Numbered from the stretch's first letter, positions 1 to 10,245 are shown. The stretch: 64,000 bases of DNA from Candidatus Latescibacterota bacterium (GCA_965248755.1 OZ252149.1:1632001-1696000); one strand, 5' to 3'. Notes: generated by a model from the letters alone, not told the origin. Translations and numbers: made by a program.

Positions 1-2
1 TG

Positions 3-371
3 GATGCGCATATCGTCGGGATTGCACCCATACGCTGGGAAGAAGAGAGATCTGTAGATATAGCTAATATAGCTAACAACACTGCCCAGCTTCTGCAAAT
101 AGATATATCTTTGTCGCCTCACGAGATAACCAACTATGACGACTACGTGGGTGAAAGATACGGAGCTGTAACTCCTGAGTCATTGGAGGCTATAAGGCTC
201 GTCGCCCGAACGGAAGGAATCCTTTTAGACCCCGTTTATACCGGCAAGGCTATGGCCGGACTTTCTGATTGCATCCAGAAGGGAAATATCCCTAATGATG
301 CGACAGTCATGTTTCTCCACACAGGCGGAACGCCGGCTCTTTTCGCCTACGAGAGAGAGATAATGGTGTAG
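3..371 (+). CDS. D-cysteine desulfhydrase / ACC deaminase family PLP enzyme, 5'-partial
   Basis: Frame is open from base 3; C-terminal motifs EGILLDPVYTGKAMAGL and FLHTGGTPALF. Confidence 0.85.
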   Translation, partial: DAHIVGIAPIRWEEERSVDIANIANNTAQLLQIDISLSPHEITNYDDYVGERYGAVTPESLEAIRLVARTEGILLDPVYTGKAMAGLSDCIQKGNIPNDATVMFLHTGGTPALFAYEREIMV

Positions 372-380
372 AGTAGACTT

Positions 381-690
381 TTACTCAAGAGATACCTTTA
401 CGTCTGATCCTTCAACAGTCACCTGGTACGTGGACACACACGCATCTGGCGATGTCTCCGAGATCCCTGTCTCTACATTGTAAGCCCACCCGTGCCAGGG
501 ACAGGTGACTATGTTGCCCTCAAGTGTCCCCTCTCCCACGGGACCTCCCCTGTGCACGCACGTATTCCCTATTGCATAGAATGTCCCATTCGCTGTTAAA
601 CAGAGCTATCTCCTCCCCATTTACCTCCACTACAGTCCCAGTGCCGGGTTGAACGTCATTCACTGCTGCTACCTTGACGAATTGGGGCAT
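381..690 (-). pseudogene. Rieske [2Fe-2S] ferredoxin with a single +1 frameshift (possibly a sequencing error)
   Basis: Manual translation MPQFVKVAAVNDVQPGTGTVVEVNGEEIALFN, one extra base near 594, then ANGTFYAIGNTCVHRGGPVGEG...TCPWHGW...KVSLE*; CxH and CPWHG Rieske motifs. Confidence 0.8.
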
Positions 691-733
691 AGATAGACCC
701 TCCCTGTAAGCTGTCTAATTTTGCCAAACCTTA

Positions 734-969
734 TCACGCGAAAAAGTCGGCGTTCTTTTGTATATAGGACTGCCATTCATCAGGTACGTCCGATTCCTCA
801 AAGATTGCTTCTACTGGGCATTCCGGCTCACAAGCCCCGCAATCTATGCACTCATCAGGGTATATATAAAGCATATCCTCACCCTCATATATACAGTCGA
901 CAGGGCATATCAACGCAGGCAGTGTCTTTGACGCCGATGCAGGGCTCAGCTATTATGTAGGTTATTCAT
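734..969 (-). pseudogene. 7Fe (FdxA-type) ferredoxin with two frameshifts (possibly sequencing errors)
   Basis: [18 protein letters not shown], then 2 nt missing in an AT repeat near 909, then [36 protein letters not shown]...ADFFA*; the ATG at 969 is also one base out of frame. Confidence 0.8.
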
Positions 970-1024
970 TGACCCCCTCTGTTTCGGAATAATCTAAGGA
1001 ATCATCAAATTCAAACACCGGTAT

Positions 1025-2635
1025 TTAGCTGTTTTCAGATAAGCTTGAAACTCCTTTTGATCCTATCTTGTCGTACGACAACCCGTCATATCCCTTAACT
1101 TTTCTGGATATTTCGTCCATAGCCTCCCTGGGCGAATAGAACTCTAAGACAACACCAGCTTTGTCAGCCATATCACGTATAATCTCGATATCTACCTTTG
1201 CATTCCCCGGAGGCAGAATAGCCTGTCTTATCCTCTGAACATGTCCGTTGAAATTTGTGAAAGTTCCGTCTTTCTCCGCAAAAGACGCCCCAGATAGGAC
1301 CACATCTGCAGTTGAGGTCACATCCGACGACAATATGTCCTGAACAATCAGAAATTCGAGTTCCTTGAGTAGTTTGACTTGCTCTTCGTCTATGCTCAAC
1401 TCAGGCCCTCCGCCCAGGATATACATTCCCTTAACCTGCTTGTCTTTCACACTTTCCCAGATAATCTCCGGCTCCACAACCTCCATACCGGAGCCTTTCA
1501 ACATGTCCTCAGCTCCTCTTGAGTTTGCACTCTTTTGTGCCCTGATGGTAAATCCAGAGGCAAAAGACACATCTCCCTCATCGCTTGTCCTTCCGATTAC
1601 GGCTCCCTTTGCCACGTTCAACGACTGTAAGACCTTAGCGAGTCCGTAAATCTCCTCATTTGTGGCGTGTCCTTGGACAAGGCACACAAAGCTACTGCTG
1701 TCGTATTTCTCCACAATCGTCGAAACCCCTTTCACACAAGCAGAAATAGCGCTGCTCCAGCTCGTAATATCTGACTGTCCGTCTGTTTTTATCATAGGAG
1801 ATTTCAACCGTTTAGAATGCCCCACGTATCCGCATCCGTGTCTGCCGTCGTCGCACATCCAATAATCGTTGACCTTGGGGTTGTGCCTCGGCTTTATCCG
1901 GTAGATGCGTCCCTCCTGGGGATGCACGTCCAACGTGACGTTGCATCCAGTGCTGCATCCCGGGCAGATGCTCTCGTGCTCCCTTAGATACCACACTCTG
2001 GATTGAAACAGGAAATTCTTGTCTATCAGCGCTCCCACAGGGCAGATGTCAACTACATTTCCCGCCAGCCTGTTTTCCAACTGTACGCCCGGAAAGACAT
2101 CTATTTCGGAATTTACTCCCATGTCCACAAGCCCCAACTCCCCTGTACCAGCAATCTCATCGCAGAACCTTATACACCTCGTGCACAACACACACCTTTG
2201 AGGGTACAAAAGTATATTCGATCCGAGCTCTTTCTTGGGCTTTACCACCTTGGGCTCAACATATCTGCTCTCGCCGTGGCCGTGTTCAAAGCTGTAATCC
2301 TGAAGATCACATTCTCCCGCCTTGTCGCACACAGGACAGTCCAAAGGATGGTTGATCAGGAGAAACTCCAGGACGTCTTTCCTGACCTCCAGTACCTCTT
2401 CGGATTGAGTCTCCACAATCATACCATCAGCCGCACGCATATTGCAGGCAATCTGGAGTCCCTTCCTTCCGTTGATTTCCACTTGCACATAACACATTCT
2501 GCAATTCCCTGCTACAGAGAGCCCCGGATGATAACAGAAGTGAGGAATCTCGATGCCTAATTCTAACGCGGCATCTACCAGATTAAGCCCATCTTCGACT
2601 GTCGCTTCAATACCATTTATCACAAAAGTAACCAT
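1025..2635 (-). CDS. nuoG: NADH-quinone oxidoreductase subunit G-like protein
   Basis: IPHFCYHP, GNCRMC, NHPLDCPVCDKAGECDLQD, RCVLCTRCIRFC, ICPGCSTGC motifs; start placed at MVTFVING (ORF track starts at 2683). Confidence 0.88.
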   Translation of the reverse strand: MVTFVINGIEATVEDGLNLVDAALELGIEIPHFCYHPGLSVAGNCRMCYVQVEINGRKGLQIACNMRAADGMIVETQSEEVLEVRKDVLEFLLINHPLDCPVCDKAGECDLQDYSFEHGHGESRYVEPKVVKPKKELGSNILLYPQRCVLCTRCIRFCDEIAGTGELGLVDMGVNSEIDVFPGVQLENRLAGNVVDICPVGALIDKNFLFQSRVWYLREHESICPGCSTGCNVTLDVHPQEGRIYRIKPRHNPKVNDYWMCDDGRHGCGYVGHSKRLKSPMIKTDGQSDITSWSSAISACVKGVSTIVEKYDSSSFVCLVQGHATNEEIYGLAKVLQSLNVAKGAVIGRTSDEGDVSFASGFTIRAQKSANSRGAEDMLKGSGMEVVEPEIIWESVKDKQVKGMYILGGGPELSIDEEQVKLLKELEFLIVQDILSSDVTSTADVVLSGASFAEKDGTFTNFNGHVQRIRQAILPPGNAKVDIEIIRDMADKAGVVLEFYSPREAMDEISRKVKGYDGLSYDKIGSKGVSSLSENS

Positions 2636-2725
2636 AACACCCCAATTCAAGTGGACAGTAGTCACGGCACAACTCCCTCGCATCCCCGTATTCAGTTTAC
2701 TGTCTACTTGTTCAAAGGTCCAAAA

Positions 2726-3205
2726 TCAAGCTTTCTCAACTACGCTGTCGGTGTCCACCTTATTCTGAATCGCTATAATAGCGTCTATCAGATCCTCGGG
2801 ACGAGGGGGACACCCCGGTATATAGACATCTACAGGCATAAACTGATCCACTCCCTGAACCAGAGTGTAAGTGTCGAACACGCCGCCTGAAGAAGCGCAT
2901 GCGCCCATTGAAATTACCCACTTAGGTTCGGGCATCTGATCGTAGACCCTTTTCAGGATAGGCATCATCTTTAAGGATATCCGCCCCGATACAATCATAA
3001 GATCGGACTGACGAGGTGAAAACCTTATGGCCTCAGCCCCAAAACGCGCAAGATCGTACCTGGATGCCAAAGTAGCCATCATCTCTATGGCGCAGCATGC
3101 AGTCCCAAAGGGCATCGGCCACAGTGAATTCTTCCTTGCCCAATTTACTACTTTATCCACCCTTGAGAGAAACACCTTTTCCGCTAAATTAACCTCTAAT
3201 CCCAT
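2726..3205 (-). CDS. nuoB: NADH-quinone oxidoreductase subunit B
   Basis: [47 protein letters not shown]. Confidence 0.95.
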   Translation of the reverse strand: MGLEVNLAEKVFLSRVDKVVNWARKNSLWPMPFGTACCAIEMMATLASRYDLARFGAEAIRFSPRQSDLMIVSGRISLKMMPILKRVYDQMPEPKWVISMGACASSGGVFDTYTLVQGVDQFMPVDVYIPGCPPRPEDLIDAIIAIQNKVDTDSVVEKA

Positions 3206-3474
3206 AGGACGTCTCCTGGAATTTATGTGATATCAATCTCTGCCTTAGAGCCTTCTCGTAGGAGAATGAAAATATAGTTATAGGGAACAAAAAGTCAAAT
3301 ATATTTTCGGAATTTCTTATCCTAATTGGTAAGCGCAGTTACTCTTTATTCTACTCCTAATTTTTATATAGGCAACTCCTGCAAAAAAGTCAATAACTAT
3401 TCAGCACAAAAAAGACAAAAAGTTAACAATTTACTACCTTCTGCGTCTTGAATCTCCCACGAGTCAAATTCCGT

Positions 3475-3503
3475 TTGACATTTTGGGGGGACTTTACTAT
3501 TTT
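3475..3503 (+). promoter_or_regulatory. Putative sigma70 promoter of the tRNA pair
   Basis: TTGACA-17 bp-TATTTT, 36 bp upstream of tRNA-Pro. Confidence 0.55.
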
Positions 3504-3539
3504 TAGATATACTATCCACTAAAAGCTGGATTGAAACTG

Positions 3540-3616
3540 CGGGGTGTGGCGCAGTCCGGTAGCGCATCCGGTTTGGGTCCGGAAGGTCGGAGGTTCAAAT
3601 CCTCTCACCCCGACCA
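3540..3616 (+). tRNA. tRNA-Pro(TGG)
   Basis: Acceptor CGGGGTG/CACCCCG, anticodon arm TCCGG-TTTGGGT-CCGGA, GGTTCAAAT T-loop, encoded CCA. Confidence 0.97.
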
Positions 3617-3654
3617 TGTTCCTCTGTCTACCATTTGCTTCCTAGCTAACACAG

Positions 3655-3731
3655 GCGCCCGTAGCTCAACTGGACAGAGCACAAGCCTTCTAAGCTTGGG
3701 GTTGCAGGTTCGAGTCCTGCCGGGCGTGCCA
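3655..3731 (+). tRNA. tRNA-Arg(TCT)
   Basis: Acceptor GCGCCCG/CGGGCGT, anticodon arm CAAGC-CTTCTAA-GCTTG, GGTTCGAGT, CCA. Confidence 0.97.
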
Positions 3732-4183
3732 GACTGATGTCTGGGAGCGTATCTCAGATTCAGATAGCGAAGGTAGCCCTATTTCGGGTGGACGCCCGTA
3801 TAGGGCTATTTTTATGCCCTCAGGGGCAAGGATGGCTTTGTGGAGGACAAGTCTTAAGAGTTCCTTTTGATGCACAGGCTGGATATTGTCAAAGACGTCG
3901 GTAAACTTGTTGAGGGCAAGCATCACCAATTCCTTATTGACGGATTCCTTCTCTATCTCGGAAATCATTTGTTCTAACCCATCCATACCTGCCTCAATCT
4001 CCATTCTTCTTTTGCCTAATTGATCCAGTTTATCTTTAAGGAAAAGACTGCTTTCTTCGCTTGCCAGGGAGGCCCATTTATTCATAATGCTATCAGCAAA
4101 GTTCTTAATCTCTGCAAGCTCTTTTTGAAAGAGAGTACGTCTCTCTTTTAATTGCGGGAGTTCCCTTTGGAGTTTGTCGTTAG
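3690..4183 (-). pseudogene. C-terminal remnant of a large serine recombinase/integrase, cut off by the IS derivative
   Basis: Coiled coil followed by KELLRLVLHKAILAPEGIKIALY; the frame runs antisense into tRNA-Arg (WHARQDSNLQPQA*), as in tRNA-targeting island integrases; catalytic N-terminus absent. Confidence 0.6.
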
Positions 4184-4603
4184 TGTACTGCCCCCCTGGA
4201 AAGCGACACCGATTAAGCAACTTGGGGTAGCAGATATTATTGTTTTCTCCATTCTTGCAGGGTCTTGTATCCCAGGGATGAATGAAGACGGTTCTTGTCG
4301 TAATTATCGATCCACTGAGATATGATCTTCTCAGCTTGCTCAAAGGATTCGAAGCTGTGAAGTCAAACACACTCTTGCTTGAGGGTCCTGAAAAAACGCT
4401 CTACAACACCGTTCCAATCGGCCTTTCCGCTCGGAACATATTCTTGACAAACCCCTAATATTCGGTACTTACCAAATAGGATCTAGAAAGAAAGATCGAA
4501 CCGTTGTCCAGCGCTAGCCGTCTTCTGCTCTGGCGCTGACATCTTGCCCTTCGCGAACCCTGATTTACAGAATATCTGTCGTTCTGTGAAGGGGAACGGT
4601 ATG
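4184..4603 (-). mobile_element. 420-bp non-autonomous IS3-family deletion derivative (MITE-like), copy 1
   Basis: Ends TGTACTGCCCCCCTGGAAAGCGACA and CATACCGTTCCCCTTCACAGAACGACA resemble the full IS ends; orfA start joined to a stop-containing orfB 3' part. Confidence 0.9.
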
Positions 4604-4665
4604 ATATGGCAACCACCCATCTTCGATTATCGCACCTATCTTCGATTATAAATAGCCTTCTTGTT

Positions 4666-5180
4666 TCAGTTATTACTACCTGCTAACAATTCCTTATTAA
4701 CATCCCAACCACTTCTCTGCAGTGCTTCTTCTTGTCCGGTAATACTATCCTTATGAACCGCAATGCAAAGGAGACGAGATGGACGTGACATCCCTACAAA
4801 AGCCATTTTTAGATTTTGAATTACTCTTTCTTTTGGCTTAGTATGCTCTCCCTTTATATAATTTATTATTCGCTTAATGTCATAGTCATAAAAGAAAGTT
4901 TCAAGGTAACATGTTGCCGTATGGGTTTCGCCTTTGACACCATGAATAGTTGAAACTTCTATGTCGATATCAGTTGTTCCAGAAGAATATTTGTAGATGT
5001 TATTGCTCGAATGGGTTTCTTCATCATCCGCTTCCAAATCTGATGAATTTATAAAGATTGTAAGTTCAACATTCACCTGATAATTAAAAAACTCCTTAAA
5101 TTCATTGGTTAGATAATGTTTTATTTCTTCAAAAACTTCTTCTTGCCTGTGTATCTTCAAACACCAATTGGCGAGCCTTA
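4666..5180 (-). pseudogene. UvrD/GajB-like helicase, C-terminal fragment
   Basis: Motif V VSTIHGVKGETH and motif VI MAFVGMSRP; joins the 8557-9380 fragment in frame across the CTTA duplication. Confidence 0.85.
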
Positions 5181-5227
5181 CATACCGCTCCCCTTGACAG
5201 AGCGACAAATATTTCGCAAATTGGGGT

Positions 5228-5557
5228 TTGAGAAGGGAGGTCAAGGTGTCGAGCCCCGAAGTGAAAGATGGTAAGCGCTGGACGGCGACCCGTAAGGGAG
5301 AGATTGTGTTGGCTCTTTTGAGAGGAGCAGATCTATCTGAGGTGTGTCGTAAGAATGGAATTAGCCAGTCGCAGGCGTATGCTTGGCGTGATAGTTTCTT
5401 AGAAGGGGGCCAGGAGAGTCTGAAGTCTCGGCGTGGTCGCAAGGATCCGAAGGAGCGAGAGGTTAGCCGGTTGGAGCGCAAGGTAGGGCAGTTGACGCTC
5501 CAGTTGGAGATACTCGAAGAGGTAGCCCGTCTAAAAAAAACGAAGCGGTTGCCTTGA
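5228..5557 (+). CDS. IS3 OrfA (HTH) protein
   Basis: KRWTATRKGEIVLALLRG...LSEVCRKNGISQSQAYAWR helix-turn-helix; A8 run at 5533-5540; true start may be GTG 5246. Confidence 0.85.
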   Translation: MRREVKVSSPEVKDGKRWTATRKGEIVLALLRGADLSEVCRKNGISQSQAYAWRDSFLEGGQESLKSRRGRKDPKEREVSRLERKVGQLTLQLEILEEVARLKKTKRLP

Positions 5558-6417
5558 GTGGGCGGTTTTTGGGTCGAGGCTATTCCCGCAAGGTGGTAGC
5601 TTTGGCTTTGGGTTTGCATCGTTCGACTCTGTATAGGTTTAGGGATAGAGGTGTCAGTTCTTCTGTTAAAGAGCCTGTGATAGATGAGGAGCTTGCTTTT
5701 CGTATTCGAGGGATACTGGACCAAGAAGAGGCATTTGGTCACAGGCGGGTTTGGGCGCATCTTCGTTTCAAGGAAGGGGAATGTGTCAACGTTAAGAAGG
5801 TTCATAGGATAATGAAGCTTAAGGGGTGGCAGTGTAAGCTGTGGAATCGTCCCGGGAGAAAGGGGCCACAGGTTGCCCAGAAGCGTTCTGTGGTGGATAG
5901 TCCCGACAGTTTGTGGTCGAGTGACTTGACAAAGATTTACTGTGGAAAAGATGGTTGGTGTCCTCTTATTGCGGTGGTGGACAACGGAAGCCGGGAGGTT
6001 CCTGGGTATCGTTTTAGTCGAAAAGGGAGGGCACTGGAGGCCACAGATGCCCTGGATCGGGCCGTGATCTCTCGATACACTTCCAAGGAGGCTGTCCCCC
6101 AGGGTCTCACTTTGCGCTCTGACAATGGTTCCATCTTTTTGGCTCGGGCCTATTTGGCCAGTACCGAATATTGGGGAATTCGTCAGGAATACATACCAAG
6201 TGGTAAACCCGATTGGAACGGTGTTGTAGAGCGTTTTTTCAGGACCCTCAAGCAAGAGTGTGTTTGGCTTCACAAGTTTGAATCCTTTGAACAGGCTGAG
6301 AAGATCATATCTCAGTGGATCGATAATTACAACAAGAACAGGCTTCATTCATCCCTGGGATATAAGACCCCAAAAGAGTGGAGAAAACAATTTTATCTAC
6401 TACCCCAGGTTGCTTAA
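5554..6417 (+). CDS. IS3 OrfB DDE transposase/integrase core
   Basis: WSSDLT, LRSDNGS, NGVVERFFRTLKQE, RLHSSLGYKTP; -1 frame relative to orfA. Confidence 0.92.
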   Translation: MSGRFLGRGYSRKVVALALGLHRSTLYRFRDRGVSSSVKEPVIDEELAFRIRGILDQEEAFGHRRVWAHLRFKEGECVNVKKVHRIMKLKGWQCKLWNRPGRKGPQVAQKRSVVDSPDSLWSSDLTKIYCGKDGWCPLIAVVDNGSREVPGYRFSRKGRALEATDALDRAVISRYTSKEAVPQGLTLRSDNGSIFLARAYLASTEYWGIRQEYIPSGKPDWNGVVERFFRTLKQECVWLHKFESFEQAEKIISQWIDNYNKNRLHSSLGYKTPKEWRKQFYLLPQVA

Positions 6418-6462
6418 TTGGTGTCGCTTTCCTGGGAAGCAGTACAAAGAAGGCTATTTATA

Positions 6463-8088
6463 CCCCCATTCGCCATATTAGACCCGAAAAATGGTTGTCA
6501 AAGTCGCCAGAACATGTTATATTACAATAAATAAGACTCATAAATGGCGGATAAATATTGATCATCCAGAGGGTGAAAGAATGAAAGTAGGTTTTGATGG
6601 AGGAATAAAGCTTGAATTTCATGGTGCAAAGGTGACATCAAACGGTGGACTTCTTGCGTATCGTGACCTTGATTACGCACTGGGATTATTTGATTCGGTA
6701 TCAGCGGTTTTTACCGATAAACGCACAGGCCGTAATATCCAACATGATATATCTACTCTCCTGCGTCAATCGATATACAGCCGTCTTGCAGGATATGAAG
6801 ATGTAAATGACGCCGAGCGATTATCCGTTGATCCCGTCATGCGAGCGATTACCGGAAAGAAGGACAAAGGCAGGCAAGCTGCCAGCTCCAACACGATAGG
6901 ACGTTTTGAAACTGATATACTGACTCAGCATGACAATCTCAGAAACTTGTCAGATATCAATGGCAAGTGGGTTCAAAAAGCGATGAGTAAAACACAGCAT
7001 CAACGAATCATTCTGGACATGGACAGTTCGGAGAGTCCGGTACATGGCCAGCAGGAAGGATCAGCTTACAACGGTCATTTCGGATGTACCTGTTTTCATC
7101 CAGTGTTCTGCTTCAATCAGTTCGGGGATTGTGAAGGAGTCCTACTTCGCTCTGGTAATGTTCACAGTGCTGATCGTTGGAAGGAAGTTCTGGAACCGAT
7201 CGTCAAGAGATACGAGAGCAAGAAGAATAGGAAATACTTTCGAGGCGATGCTGCATTCGCAAAGCCTGAGATTTATGATTATCTGGAGGGAAACGGCTAT
7301 TTGTATGCCATTCGGCTTCCCGCAAATGAGATACTCTATGAAAAGATACGATACCTGCTGACTCGGCCAGTTGGACGACCGCCGAGGAAACCGATTGTAT
7401 CGTTATATGAATTTCAATATAAAGCGGCCAGTTGGGATCAATCGAGGCGAGTGGTCGCCAAGGTTGAATGGCACCAAGGGGAGTTATTCCCAAGAGTGGG
7501 ATTTATCGTGACCAACATGAGCGCCAAGCCAGAAGGCGTGGTACACTTCTACAATGGCCGTGGCAGAGCTGAGCAGTGGATTAAGGAGGGCAAGTATGCT
7601 CTGAACTGGACCCGACTCTCATGCAAGCGTTTCGTCTCCAATCAGGTGAGGCTCTGGCTGTTTGTTCTGGCTTACAACTTGGGCAACTTCCTGCGACGTT
7701 TTGTTCTTCCGAAGAAAATCAAACACTGGTCACTACGCAGCCTCCTCGTGAAATTTATCAAAATCGGAGCGAAGATTGTCAGACACAGCGGATATATTAC
7801 GTTTCAAATGGCTGAGGTTGGGATAGACAAGAGGTTATTTGCCGAAATATTATCCCGGATTGAACGATTGCGATGTTATTCTGTTTAAACTGCCACATTT
7901 TTTTGTGAGTCGATGGAGAGGTGTCTCTAATTGGAGGATTTAAACACAAAGAAAGTGATAATTCAGAGGAAAATACTATTTTAATTGAAAAAAGTACTTG
8001 TTGAAAAATGTAAAAGTGGTAATATTAATTCAGAAACAAGAATGTATCGAAATATAATCCCTCATGAATGTGATATGGGGAATGTCGG
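6463..8088 (+). mobile_element. IS1380-family insertion sequence (1626 bp)
   Basis: IRs CCCCCATTCGCCATAT / CCGACATTCCCCATAT; 5-bp target duplication TTATA at 6458-6462 and 8089-8093. Confidence 0.92.
6491..7888 (+). CDS. IS1380-family transposase (probable start ATG 6581)
   Basis: TSNGGLL, LAGYEDVNDAE, ILDMDSSESPVHGQQEGSAYNGHF, FRGDAAFA, YNGRGRAEQWIKEGK. Confidence 0.93.
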   Translation: MVVKVARTCYITINKTHKWRINIDHPEGERMKVGFDGGIKLEFHGAKVTSNGGLLAYRDLDYALGLFDSVSAVFTDKRTGRNIQHDISTLLRQSIYSRLAGYEDVNDAERLSVDPVMRAITGKKDKGRQAASSNTIGRFETDILTQHDNLRNLSDINGKWVQKAMSKTQHQRIILDMDSSESPVHGQQEGSAYNGHFGCTCFHPVFCFNQFGDCEGVLLRSGNVHSADRWKEVLEPIVKRYESKKNRKYFRGDAAFAKPEIYDYLEGNGYLYAIRLPANEILYEKIRYLLTRPVGRPPRKPIVSLYEFQYKAASWDQSRRVVAKVEWHQGELFPRVGFIVTNMSAKPEGVVHFYNGRGRAEQWIKEGKYALNWTRLSCKRFVSNQVRLWLFVLAYNLGNFLRRFVLPKKIKHWSLRSLLVKFIKIGAKIVRHSGYITFQMAEVGIDKRLFAEILSRIERLRCYSV

Positions 8089-8136
8089 TTATAATCGAAG
8101 ATAGGTGCGATAATCGAAGATGGGTGGTTGCCATAT

Positions 8137-8556
8137 CATACCGTTCCCCTTCACAGAACGACAGATATTCTGTAAATCGGGGTTCGCGAAGGGCAAGATG
8201 TCAGCGCCAGAGCAGAAGACGGCTAGCGCTGGACAACGGTTCGATCTTTCTTTCTAGATCCTATTTGGTAAGTACCGAATATTAGGGGTTTGTCAAGAAT
8301 ATGTTCCGAGCGGAAAGGCCGATTGGAACGGTGTTGTAGAGCGTTTTTTCAGGACCCTCAAGCAAGAGTGTGTTTGACTTCACAGCTTCGAATCCTTTGA
8401 GCAAGCTGAGAAGATCATATCTCAGTGGATCGATAATTACGACAAGAACCGTCTTCATTCATCCCTGGGATACAAGACCCTGCAAGAATGGAGAAAACAA
8501 TAATATCTGCTACCCCAAGTTGCTTAATCGGTGTCGCTTTCCAGGGGGGCAGTACA
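8137..8556 (+). mobile_element. 420-bp MITE-like IS3 derivative, copy 2
   Basis: Reverse complement of 4184-4603 with one substitution seen, and the same left-end flank. Confidence 0.9.
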
Positions 8557-9380
8557 CTTACCCTAAAATCCTGGTAAAAATCCGAGTTTTTTTCTGATAT
8601 ATATTTATGCAGTTTTTTCTCTGTGAATGCCCTTCCATCGTCAGTTACTCCTGCAATTCTTAAGCACTTTAAGAAAGCTTCCCCTAACCTCTTCTTGTAA
8701 AAATTAACTCCATTAGATGAAATAAAACTATCAGATTGTGGAGCTAAATAACTTTTTAGATTACTAAATTCAGTTTTTTTAACTTTTATTTCTTTGGAGT
8801 AGCCGTCCCAATAACTTGGTATAGTTCTTTTTGTGTCATGCGGTTTTCCACGCCATCCAACTGCTTTAAATACCCTTTTCTCATTCTGATGTAGATTATT
8901 TCTGATAATTATTTCACCGAATTTATCTAATACCTGCTGAATAGTATAATCATCATAAACAATGATAACAGGAGTAATTTCATTTTGCCTGCCATTTCCC
9001 GTTATTGTCTGCCGGAAAACACAAAGTTTTTCAACCTTGCTTGCTATAGCGTTAGAAAATCTTTTACTACCTGTAATACACATAGTTCTGTCGTCAATTA
9101 CTGCCCAACCGCATTCCAAGTTAGGGTCATAGTCAAATATTGATTGATTTAAATCACCTATTTTTTGAATAACAACATTATCATTGAATATTTTATTCAT
9201 CAGTTCGGACTGTATTGTACTTGAATCCTGCATTTCATCTATGAAAACATAGGCAAATCTTTTTGCAAATACGTTTTTCAAATTAGGGTGCTTTTCAATG
9301 TGTCTTTCTGCTATATAATATGCATCATCATAGCTTAGTATTCCATCCAAAAGTATCCGTTCTTTTAGTCTTAGCAATCT
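8557..9380 (-). pseudogene. UvrD/GajB-like helicase, middle fragment
   Basis: Motif II YVFIDEMQD, motif III IGDLNQSIF, motif IV TGSKRFS. Confidence 0.88.
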
Positions 9381-9800
9381 TGTACTGCCCCCCTGGAAAG
9401 CGACACCGATTAAGCAACTTGGGGTAGCAGATATTATTGTTTTCTCCATTCTTGCAGGGTCTTGTATCCCAGGGATGAATGAAGACGGTTCTTGTCGTAA
9501 TTATCGATCCACTGAGATATGATCTTCTCAGCTTGCTCAAAGGATTCGAAGCTGTGAAGTCAAACACACTCTTGCTTGAGGGTCCTGAAAAAACGCTCTA
9601 CAACACCGTTCCAATCGGCCTTTCCGCTCGGAACATATTCTTGACAAACCCCTAATATTCGGTACTTACCAAATAGGATCTAGAAAGAAAGATCGAACCG
9701 TTGTCCAGCGCTAGCCGTCTTCTGCTCTGGCGCTGACATCTTGCCCTTCGCGAACCCCGATTTACAGAATATCTGTCGTTCTGTGAAGGGGAACGGTATG
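9381..9800 (-). mobile_element. 420-bp MITE-like IS3 derivative, copy 3
   Basis: Direct repeat of 4184-4603. Confidence 0.9.
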
Positions 9801-10245
9801 ATATGGCAACCACCCATCTTCGATTATCGCACCTATCTTCGATTATAAATAGCCTTCTTGTTTCAGTTATTACTACCTGCTAACAATTCCTTATTAACAT
9901 CCCAACCACTTCTCTGCAGTGCTTCTTCTTGTCCGGTAATACTATCCTTATGAACCGCAATGCAAAGGAGACGAGATGGACGTGACATCCCTACAAAAGC
10001 CATTTTTAGATTTTGAATTACTCTTTCTTTTGGCTTAGTATGCTCTCCCTTTATATAATTTATTATTCGCTTAATGTCATAGTCATAAAAGAAAGTTTCA
10101 AGGTAACATGTTGCCGTATGGGTTTCGCCTTTGACACCATGAATAGTTGAAACTTCTATGTCGATATCAGTTGTTCCAGAAGAATATTTGTAGATGTTAT
10201 TGCTCGAATGGGTTTCTTCATCATCCGCTTCCAAATCTGATGAAT
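9381..10245. repeat. 865-bp direct duplication of 4184-5048 (MITE + spacer + helicase 3' end at 9863-10245)
   Basis: Match by eye except T/C at 4561/9758. Confidence 0.9.

Larger units (their letters stand above)
5181..6446 (+). mobile_element. IS3-family insertion sequence, copy A (1266 bp)
   Basis: orfA/orfB layout, imperfect terminal IRs, same ORF translations and length as 10246-11511 and 12045-13310. Confidence 0.95.

Noticed and set aside
3531..3737. 68-aa ORF, and the ORFs at 38372-38662 and 38413-38628
   Set aside because: They overlap tRNA genes and are spurious.
4619..4649. 12-bp direct repeat ATCTTCGATTAT in the spacer carried by all composite units
   Set aside because: Only two copies and no evidence of function.
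4666..6348. 560-aa ORF, and the 394/392-aa ORFs at 10344-11528 and 12143-13321
   Set aside because: Antisense shadow of IS3 orfAB; the first is fused by chance to the helicase tail.
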